Assembly: GCA_043827405.1 (NCBI GenBank)
Contig: JBDRPD010000050.1
Location: forward strand, 128,001-192,000
Length of the DNA: 64,000 nucleotides
Direction: 5' to 3'
From: Elusimicrobiota bacterium
GTDB taxonomy: Bacteria; Elusimicrobiota; Elusimicrobia; UBA1565
Part shown: piece after piece, positions 56,552 through 64,000 of the stretch
Layout of the letters: every line of letters begins with the position of its first letter
Position numbering within the stretch: the stretch's first letter is position 1
The notes under the pieces: model-generated
The model's database searches: none
What the model was told of the DNA's origin: nothing
The model's input: only the letters and a program-made list of their open reading frames with translations
Position numbers and translations under genes: made by a program

Positions 56552-58591
56552 ATGGAGCTGCTGGCCCCCGCCGGATCCAAGCCCGCCTTTATCGCCGCCA
56601 TTCGCGGCGGCGCCGATTCCGTCTACGTGGGCATGCAGGGCTTCAATGCGCGCGCCAACTCCAAAGAGCTCTCCCCCTACGATCTCGAGGTCCTCACGCA
56701 TTACGCGCACGAGCACGGCCGCAAGATTTACATCGCCTTCAATACTCTGGTCAAGCAGTGGGAGATCGCCGACGCGGTAAAGGCGCTCTCATCTTTGCAG
56801 CGGCTCAAGCCCGACGCGCTCATCGTCCAGGATATGGGCATCGCGCGCATAGTCCGCGAACAGTTTCCCGAGCTTGCCCTGCATGCCAGCACCCAGATGT
56901 CGGCGCACAACAGCCAGGGCGCGGCGGAGCTGGCGCGGGCGGGCTTTACGCGCGTGATCCTGGCGCGCGAGCTGTCCTTTTCGGAGCTCAAACTCATCGC
57001 CGCGCGCTCGCCGGTTGAGCTGGAGGTCTTCTGCCACGGCGCGCTGTGCTTCTTCGTCTCGGGCATGTGCCTGTTCTCGAGCTCCATCGGCGGCCACAGC
57101 GGCAACCGCGGACGCTGCACCCAGCCCTGCCGGCGCATCTGGCGCGGCGGAAACGAAAAGGGCTACCTGTTTTCCCCCCGCGACCTGCAGCTGGCCGAGC
57201 AGCTGCCCAAACTGGCCGCCGCCGGCGTAAAAGCGCTCAAGATCGAGGGGCGGCTGCGCAGCAGCGACTACGTCTACCGCGTGGTAAAGGCCTACCGCAT
57301 GCTGCTCGACGCCGGCCGCGGCGGCTTCGCGGACGCGATGGAGGAGGCGAAGAGCCTGCTCGCCGTCGACTACGCCCGCGCCAAGACCACGGCGCTGTTC
57401 TCCGGCCGCGACCCCGAGCTGATCAACCCCGGGCGGGCCCAGTGCCTCGGCCTGCGCATCGGCGAGGTAACGGGCGCCTGGAAGGACCACCTATCCCTGC
57501 GCCTGACGCGCGCGCTTGAGTGCGGCGACCGCCTGCGCATCGCCGACCCGCGCACCGATGTGAGCGCGTCGACCAAGGTCAAGGAGTTCACGCAGCGCAA
57601 AGATTGCTGCGACTTAACTTACACGGGACCGGCGATGCAAAAAGGAGCGGTGGTCTTTCTGGCCGGCGACGCGCAAACGGAAGAAAAGAGCTTTACCAAG
57701 GAAGTGGATGAGGCCTATGCGGCTTTTACCCCCGAAGACAGCAAGCGCAGCGGCCCGTCGACCGCCTACCTGAATCTGCTGGCCAACCAATGGCGGCGCC
57801 GGCATAGCAGCGAGCGCGCCGAGCGCCTATGGGTCCGCATCGACGATCCGGCCTGGCTGCCGCTGCTCCAGGTCGAAGCCGAGGCCGCCGACATCGTGCT
57901 GTCGCTCAACAAGGACAATCTCCACGCCTTCATCCGCGGCGCCAAAAACCTTCCCCTGCCGGCCGGCCGATTCCTCTGCGAGCTCACGCCCTATATCGGA
58001 CAGCGCGAGCTCCCGGACTTCCGCCAAGCCGTCACGGACCTGTCCGCGCAAGGGCTGGCGCGCTGGATAGTCAACAATGTCTCGCACTTCGCCTTCTTTC
58101 CCGTGCGCCCGACGGAGCTGGTCTCGGGCCATTTCCTGTACGACTGGAACGCCTACGCCGCGCTCGCCTGGAAGGAGCTGGGAGTTTCGCGCCATGTCGT
58201 ATCGTGGGAGGACGACGCCCTCAACATTAAAGAGCTGTGCCGGCTGGCCCTGCGCGGACACCTCGCGGTGTATCTCTACGGCTATCCGCCGCTGGGCCGG
58301 TCGCGCTTCATGACCCGGGACATGTGCGGCGAAGCGGCGGTGGAGGAGAAGGCGGGCGGACGCTTCCGGCGCAGCTACGAGTCCGGCTCCGGAGTCCTGA
58401 TCCCGGAGCAGCCGGTATCGCTGTTTAATACGCGGAAGAAGCTGGCCGGCTTCGGCATCGAGGTCTTCGGCATCGATTTAAGCTTCATTTCGCCGGATGT
58501 GAAGCGCTGGCGGGACATCCATGCGGGCTATCTCGACGGCAAGAATCCCGCCGCCTCCTTCAAGTTCAACTACAAGCGTACGGTGAAGTAG
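56552..58591 (+). CDS. U32 family protein
   Basis: ELLAPAG, HASTQ, HGALC..GRCTQPCR, KIEGR. Confidence 0.92.
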   Translation: MELLAPAGSKPAFIAAIRGGADSVYVGMQGFNARANSKELSPYDLEVLTHYAHEHGRKIYIAFNTLVKQWEIADAVKALSSLQRLKPDALIVQDMGIARIVREQFPELALHASTQMSAHNSQGAAELARAGFTRVILARELSFSELKLIAARSPVELEVFCHGALCFFVSGMCLFSSSIGGHSGNRGRCTQPCRRIWRGGNEKGYLFSPRDLQLAEQLPKLAAAGVKALKIEGRLRSSDYVYRVVKAYRMLLDAGRGGFADAMEEAKSLLAVDYARAKTTALFSGRDPELINPGRAQCLGLRIGEVTGAWKDHLSLRLTRALECGDRLRIADPRTDVSASTKVKEFTQRKDCCDLTYTGPAMQKGAVVFLAGDAQTEEKSFTKEVDEAYAAFTPEDSKRSGPSTAYLNLLANQWRRRHSSERAERLWVRIDDPAWLPLLQVEAEAADIVLSLNKDNLHAFIRGAKNLPLPAGRFLCELTPYIGQRELPDFRQAVTDLSAQGLARWIVNNVSHFAFFPVRPTELVSGHFLYDWNAYAALAWKELGVSRHVVSWEDDALNIKELCRLALRGHLAVYLYGYPPLGRSRFMTRDMCGEAAVEEKAGGRFRRSYESGSGVLIPEQPVSLFNTRKKLAGFGIEVFGIDLSFISPDVKRWRDIHAGYLDGKNPAASFKFNYKRTVK

Positions 58592-58592
58592 G

Positions 58593-60110
58593 TCACAGCC
58601 GCGCGACGGCTGCGACCAGTTCGGCCCCGGTCGCGAAGCGCTTGCCCGCCTCCGCCGCCAGCGCCCGCTTAAACACCTCGTCGATGCCGGCCGGCAGGTC
58701 CGCCGCCCGCATGCGCGGCGGGGTGTAGAACTCTTCGCGCTTCTGGGCCAGGAAGTTCGGACCCGTGAACGGCAGCTCCCCGGTCAGCATCTGATAGAAG
58801 CATATCGCGAGGGCATAGATATCCACCCCGCTCGACACCCCGCCCATCTCCTGCTCGGGCGCCATGTAGGGAGGCGTTCCCCAGGCGTCGGCGCGGGTCA
58901 GGCGCGCGATCGTGCTCTTGGCCTGATAGGCGATGCCGAAATCCATAACCTTGACCACGCCTTCGCGCGAGATCATGATATTGGCGGGCTTGAGGTCCCG
59001 GTGGACGACCTTCTTCGCATGCGCGTAGTCGAGCGCCGAGGCCGCGCACTTGAGGACGTACGTGGCTTCCTTCCAGGGCAGCCGGTCCCGCGCCTCAATA
59101 ACGCCCTGCAGAGTCCTGCCGTCGATATACTCGAAGACGAGAAATATCTGTCCCACTTCCTTTACAATCGAGTGGATCTCAACGAGATTCGGATGCTTAA
59201 GTGAGGCGACCAGCCGCGCTTCGGTCAGAAACTGCTCAAGCTCTTTCGTGCTCTGCAGCAGCTCCGGGCGCATCTGCTTGACGGCTACCCGCCTCCCCAA
59301 GCTCCGGTCCTGGGCCTCGAAGACCTGCCCCATGCCGCCCTGGCCGATCTGCCGGATGATCTCGAAGTTGTCGCCGATCACCGCCGGCAGCTGCGGCGCC
59401 GGGCCGGTGGCGGCGGCGGTGATCGGGGCCGGCTGGCCGGGCATCGTGACGGGGGAGGTCCCCAGGGCGACCGGCATGATCTCGGGTTCGCGGCCGCCCC
59501 GGCCCAGCAGAAAACTCGCCGCGCCGAGAACAACCGCGATCCCGGCCGCGACGGCGATCAGCAGGTGCTTACGCCGCTTCTTTTGCCCCGCTTCATGCGC
59601 CGCTTTCAGCGCGCCGAAGGCCTCCTGCTCGCGCTTGAAATCGGCGATCTGCTCGAAAAACCTGTCGCGCCGCTCCTCGCCCATCCGCTCGTACATGATA
59701 ATGTGCGACGTCACTGGGCCGAGGTTTTTGTGCCCCTTCAGCTTATCCTTGAGCTGGAAGCCGCGGGCAAGCGCGGTGAACTGGATGCCTTGACGGACCC
59801 GCCGAATCTCGCCGCGGACCTCCTCCGCCTCGGCGAAATCCGCGCTGAGTTCCTGCAGCAGCCCCTCATGCTCGCGCAGCCAGGCCGACTTGTCGGCGGC
59901 GGCGTTGAAGCCGCCGCGCCGCTTAGCCAGCGCCGCCAACCCGCGATCTATGCTGCGACTATGCTCCGCGAAGTCATCCTGTAAAGAATCAAGCCGATCC
60001 CAGGGGTAAAGGTCGGGCCGCGCCTTGGAGTGATCGATAGCGCCGTGCGCGCCGCCTGCCAGCAGGCAGAGCACAAAAGGGATGATGGTCAGCATCAGTC
60101 GCCGGCGCAT
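58593..60110 (-). CDS. Membrane Ser/Thr protein kinase
   Basis: GQGGMG, VAVK, HRDLKPAN, DFG, APE. Confidence 0.93.
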   Translation of the reverse strand: MRRRLMLTIIPFVLCLLAGGAHGAIDHSKARPDLYPWDRLDSLQDDFAEHSRSIDRGLAALAKRRGGFNAAADKSAWLREHEGLLQELSADFAEAEEVRGEIRRVRQGIQFTALARGFQLKDKLKGHKNLGPVTSHIIMYERMGEERRDRFFEQIADFKREQEAFGALKAAHEAGQKKRRKHLLIAVAAGIAVVLGAASFLLGRGGREPEIMPVALGTSPVTMPGQPAPITAAATGPAPQLPAVIGDNFEIIRQIGQGGMGQVFEAQDRSLGRRVAVKQMRPELLQSTKELEQFLTEARLVASLKHPNLVEIHSIVKEVGQIFLVFEYIDGRTLQGVIEARDRLPWKEATYVLKCAASALDYAHAKKVVHRDLKPANIMISREGVVKVMDFGIAYQAKSTIARLTRADAWGTPPYMAPEQEMGGVSSGVDIYALAICFYQMLTGELPFTGPNFLAQKREEFYTPPRMRAADLPAGIDEVFKRALAAEAGKRFATGAELVAAVARL

Positions 60111-60175
60111 AGGGAATGAACAACAATGTTATAATTTCCTTCGCTATTTACGAACCATTTCTACCCAAATACCAG

Positions 60176-61120
60176 GTGACAGCCACGAAAAAATACCGCT
60201 TCAGCATCGTTGTTCCGGTCTACCACAACGAGCTAAACCTGCCGGAGACCATCCCGGCCCTGCTGAATCTGGCCAAGGAGGCCCCCGGCTGCGAGCTCGA
60301 CCTCGTACTGGTCGACGACGGCTCGGGCGATCGCTCGGTAGAGGTGATCCGGGAACATCAGAAGAAATTCCCCGGCGCCATCACTCTGGTACGCCTGACG
60401 CGCAACTTCGGCTCCATGGCCGCCATCCAGGCCGGCCTGACCGCGGCCGCAGGCGACTGCGTCGGCATGATCTCGGCGGACCTGCAGGACCCGCCCGAGC
60501 TGTTCCTCAAGATGCTGGCGCAGTGGCGGGACGGCGTCAAGGTAATCCTGGCGACCCGCCAGACGCGCGATGAGAGCTTCGGCAAGACGATATTCGCCGA
60601 CATCTACTACTTCCTGATGCGGCGCTTCGCCCTGAGCCGCTACCCCAAAGGAGGTTTCGATTTCTGCCTGGTGGACCGCCAGGTCGTAGAAGACCTTAAA
60701 CGCATCGCGGAGAAGAACACCAATGTCATGTCGCTGATCTTCTGGCTGGGCTATCAGCCGGTGATTATGCCCTATTCCCGCAAAAAGCGCACGCATGGCA
60801 AGTCGCGCTGGACTTTCATGAAGCGGGTCAAGCTGTTTATCGACTCCTTTGTTTCCTTCTCCTATGCCCCGATCCGGCTGATCACGACCGTCGGCTTCAT
60901 CACCGCCGCCGCCGCGATCGTCTACTCCGCCTTCATCCTCTACTACCGGCTGATCCATGCCCATCCCGTACAGGGCTTCACTACCCTCGCGGTGCTCATC
61001 GCGCTGTCTTTCGGCATGCAGATGATGGTGCTGGGCATCCTCGGCGAGTATCTATGGCGGGCGCTCGACGAGACCCGCAAGCGTCCGCCCTATGTGATCG
61101 ACGAGATCGAGCGAAGATAA
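60176..61120 (+). CDS. Glycosyltransferase family 2
   Basis: VVPVY, VDDGS, RNFG, ADLQDPP; start uncertain. Confidence 0.92.
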   Translation: MTATKKYRFSIVVPVYHNELNLPETIPALLNLAKEAPGCELDLVLVDDGSGDRSVEVIREHQKKFPGAITLVRLTRNFGSMAAIQAGLTAAAGDCVGMISADLQDPPELFLKMLAQWRDGVKVILATRQTRDESFGKTIFADIYYFLMRRFALSRYPKGGFDFCLVDRQVVEDLKRIAEKNTNVMSLIFWLGYQPVIMPYSRKKRTHGKSRWTFMKRVKLFIDSFVSFSYAPIRLITTVGFITAAAAIVYSAFILYYRLIHAHPVQGFTTLAVLIALSFGMQMMVLGILGEYLWRALDETRKRPPYVIDEIERR

Positions 61121-61121
61121 T

Positions 61122-61598
61122 ATGGCCTTCTTCAAGCACGCCAAAGCCCTCGTAGAGTCCAAGCGGATCGGCGCCCGCACCCGGATCTGGGCCTTCGCCC
61201 ATGTCCTGCCCCAGGCGGAGATCGGCCGGGACTGCAATATCTGCGATCATGTCTTCATCGAAAACGACGTGACGGTCGGCGACCGCGTCACGATAAAATG
61301 CGGCGTGCAGCTATGGGACGGACTCCGGGTCGAAGACGACGTCTTTATCGGCCCCAACGCCACCTTCACCAATGATCCCTTGCCGCGCAGCCGGAAGCAT
61401 CTAAAAAAACATCCCGTCACCCGGCTGGAGCGCGGCTGCTCTATCGGCGCCAACGCCACCATCCTGCCGGGCATTACCGTCGGACGGCAGGCCATGGTCG
61501 CGGCGGGCTCGGTGGTAACCCGCGATGTCCCGGCGCGGACCTTGGTCATGGGCTCACCGGCCAAGGTCCGGCGCAAGCTGCGCGCCGGCGAGCTCTAA
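61122..61598 (+). CDS. Hexapeptide-repeat N-acyltransferase (WxcM/FdtC-like)
   Basis: IGRDCNIC, FIGPNATFTND. Confidence 0.9.
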   Translation: MAFFKHAKALVESKRIGARTRIWAFAHVLPQAEIGRDCNICDHVFIENDVTVGDRVTIKCGVQLWDGLRVEDDVFIGPNATFTNDPLPRSRKHLKKHPVTRLERGCSIGANATILPGITVGRQAMVAAGSVVTRDVPARTLVMGSPAKVRRKLRAGEL

Positions 61599-62695
61599 TG
61601 CCGGTCCCCTTTAACGACCTCAAGCGGCACAATGACGCCTGCGGCCCGCAGCTGCGGGAGGCGGCCGAACGCGTGGTGCGCAGCGGCTGGTACACCCTCG
61701 GCGAAGAGGTCGCGGCCTTCGAACGGGAGTTCGCCGCCTTCCTGGACATCAGGCACTGCGTCGGCGCCGCCAGCGGCAGCGACGCCCTCGAGCTCGCCCT
61801 GCGCGCGCTCGGCGTCAAGCCGGGCGATGAGGTCATCACCGCCGCCAATGCCTCCATGTATTCCGCCTGCGCGGCACTGGCGATGGGCGCCGTCCCGGTT
61901 TTCGCCGATGTCGACCCCGAGACCATGACGCTCGCGCCGGAATGCCTCGCCGCCGCGGCGACCGCCAAGACCAGAGCGGTGATCGCCACCCATCTCTACG
62001 GCCGCATGGCGGATATGGACGAAATCGTCAATGAAGCCGCGCGCCTCGGGCTCGCCCTAATCGAGGACTGCGCCCAGGCCCACGGCGCGCGGCGCGGCGG
62101 CCGCAAGGCCGGCACTTTCGGCGCCATCGGCTGCTTCAGCTTCTATCCGACCAAGAACCTCGGCGCTTTGGGCGACGGCGGCGCCCTGGTCACCGCGGAC
62201 GACGCCTTGGCGGCGAAACTCCGCGCTCTCGGCCAGTACGGGTGGGGAGAGAAATACCATTGCGAGACCGGCGGCGGCCGCAACAGCCGGCTCGACGAGC
62301 TGCAGGCGGCATTTTTACGGGTAAAGCTCCCCCGCCTGACCGACGCCAACAACCGCCGCCGGGAAATCGCGCGGCGCTACAGCGCGGCCTTCCGCGAACT
62401 CGACCTCAAGCTCCCCGCGGCCGACGGCGAGGACTATGTCGCCCACCTCTACGTGATACGCAGCCGCGAGCGGGATGCTCTGCGCCGGCGCCTGGCTGAT
62501 CAAGGCGTGGCCGCCGCCGTACACTATCCGGTCCCGGATCACCGGCAGCCGATTATCGCCGCCGCCTGCGCGCTGCCGGTCACCGATAAATGCTGCGCCG
62601 AAGTGCTGAGCCTGCCCTGCTTTCCGGAAATGACCGACGCCGAAGTCGAGCATGTCATCCAGGCCGTAAAGGAAGTCTGCCATGGTAAAAAGTAA
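61598..62695 (+). CDS. DegT/DnrJ sugar aminotransferase (FdtB-like)
   Basis: EDCAQAHG, SFYPTKNLG, NSRLDELQAA. Confidence 0.93.
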   Translation: MPVPFNDLKRHNDACGPQLREAAERVVRSGWYTLGEEVAAFEREFAAFLDIRHCVGAASGSDALELALRALGVKPGDEVITAANASMYSACAALAMGAVPVFADVDPETMTLAPECLAAAATAKTRAVIATHLYGRMADMDEIVNEAARLGLALIEDCAQAHGARRGGRKAGTFGAIGCFSFYPTKNLGALGDGGALVTADDALAAKLRALGQYGWGEKYHCETGGGRNSRLDELQAAFLRVKLPRLTDANNRRREIARRYSAAFRELDLKLPAADGEDYVAHLYVIRSRERDALRRRLADQGVAAAVHYPVPDHRQPIIAAACALPVTDKCCAEVLSLPCFPEMTDAEVEHVIQAVKEVCHGKK

Positions 62696-63089
62696 GCCCA
62701 AAGCACGGAAAATCGACCTGCCGCGCATCCTCGACCGGCGCGGCAATATCACCGTCATCGAGGGTGATGACCATGTCCCCTTCCCCATCAAGCGGGTCTT
62801 TTACCTCTACGACGTGCCCGGCGGCGCCGAGCGGGGCGGCCATGCGCTCAAAACCTGCGAGCAGTTCCTGGTCGCGGTCTCCGGCAGCTTCGACGTCAAG
62901 CTGGATGACGGACGCAAAAAGACCACCGTCCGGCTGGACCGCCCGTACTACGGACTGTATCTGCCGCCGCTGACCTGGCGCGAGCTTGTCAATTTCTCAT
63001 CCGGCTCGGTCTGCCTGGTCCTGACCTCGGAGCACTACAAGAAATCCGACTACTATCGCGACTACGCGGAGTTCCGCAAAAATATATAG
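62682..63089 (+). CDS. FdtA/QdtA sugar 3,4-ketoisomerase (cupin)
   Basis: DRRGN..FPIKRVFY..RGGHA. Confidence 0.9.
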   Translation: MVKSKPKARKIDLPRILDRRGNITVIEGDDHVPFPIKRVFYLYDVPGGAERGGHALKTCEQFLVAVSGSFDVKLDDGRKKTTVRLDRPYYGLYLPPLTWRELVNFSSGSVCLVLTSEHYKKSDYYRDYAEFRKNI

Positions 63090-63094
63090 CCGGC

Positions 63095-64000
63095 ATGCTG
63101 ACCACCGATCTTCTGCGCCGGCACTTCCACTGCCCCGCCTGCCGGGCGCATCCGCTTGAAGTGAAGCCTTTCGCGATGGACGGTCCGGGGATCGTGCACG
63201 GCGTCATCAGCTGTCCCAAATGCCGGAACTGGTACCGGATAGAGGACGGCCTGGCGGAGCTCCTGATCCCCGCCCTGCGCCATACCCCGGCTCTCGATGC
63301 CTTTACGCGCCGCTTCCGCGACCGCTGGGAGGGCTGGGAAGCCGCGGCCGACAGCGCCGGCGGCGGAAGCGAACATAAGCTGGAGCAGAAGTCCTTCTAC
63401 GATGCGGACGCCGTGGGCTACGAGAGCTCCATGCTGCAGTTGCCATTCTGGAAAGCCGTGGACGCGGCATCCATCGGTTCCATCGCCGGCGGCGGCACCG
63501 CCGATAAAATCCTGCTCGAGATCGGCTGCGGAACGGGCCGCATCTCGATTCCAACCGCCGGCCGCTTCGCCAAAGTGCTGGGATTCGACATCTCCGAAAC
63601 CATGGTGCGCACCGCCATGAAAAAGCGCGCCCAGACCGGAGCCGCCGGCCGGGATATCCATTATTTTGTCGCCGATGCCGAAAATATCCCCGTCCGCGCG
63701 GAAACGGCGGATGCGGCGCTGCTCTACGGTATTCTCCATCACGTGGAGTCGCCGTCGACGGTGCTGGCTGAAACCGCGCGCTGCCTGCGCGCCGGCGGCA
63801 CCTTGTTCGGCTGCGAGAACAACCGCAGCCTGTTCCGGCCCATTTTCGATTTCCTTATGCTCGCCCGCAAGCTCTGGAACGAGAAGGCCCATGAGGAGCA
63901 TTTCATCATCTCGCACCGCATCCTCAAGGAGTGGTTCGCCGGAACCGGCCTGCGGAGCGCGGTATGGACGAGCGTATTTCTGCCGCCCCACCTCTTCAAT
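63095..64000 (+). CDS. Methyltransferase with N-terminal Trm112-like zinc domain (partial)
   Basis: CPAC..CPKC; LEIGCGTG; LHH; runs off window. Confidence 0.8.
   Translation, partial: MLTTDLLRRHFHCPACRAHPLEVKPFAMDGPGIVHGVISCPKCRNWYRIEDGLAELLIPALRHTPALDAFTRRFRDRWEGWEAAADSAGGGSEHKLEQKSFYDADAVGYESSMLQLPFWKAVDAASIGSIAGGGTADKILLEIGCGTGRISIPTAGRFAKVLGFDISETMVRTAMKKRAQTGAAGRDIHYFVADAENIPVRAETADAALLYGILHHVESPSTVLAETARCLRAGGTLFGCENNRSLFRPIFDFLMLARKLWNEKAHEEHFIISHRILKEWFAGTGLRSAVWTSVFLPPHLFN

Noticed and set aside
60176..64000. Sugar-nucleotide cluster as a novel system
   Set aside because: Ordinary FdtA/B/C-like dTDP-3-amino-sugar pathway with a GT2

Overview
High-GC bacterial chromosome segment (host uncertain; Elusimicrobia-like by gene style, an inference). 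The centre is a ~38.6 kb integrative element (4874-43471) inserted at the 3' end of a minus-strand tRNA-Val(CAC) and bounded by a perfect 48-bp direct repeat. It carries a tyrosine integrase/excisionase, a zinc-ribbon cluster, a Prim-Pol/helicase fusion, a type III R-M pair, a serine recombinase followed by a truncated DnaB and a pseudo-receiver, HigBA, five HEPN-motif proteins, a DUF262 gene, HNH and PD-(D/E)xK-like nucleases and envelope genes. I recognised no capsid, tail or conjugation genes. The tRNA is a two-sided hotspot: a 3.3 kb islet (M23 peptidase, AbiE) is bounded by duplicated 5' halves of the tRNA, and further att relics (including a decayed tRNA-Cys) lie in and beside the element. 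The flanks are housekeeping: methyltransferases, ArfB-like factor, RecQ, EF-P, NlpC/P60, PfkB kinase, U32, Ser/Thr kinase and a dTDP-3-amino-sugar cluster. All calls come from reading motifs by eye; no database search was run.
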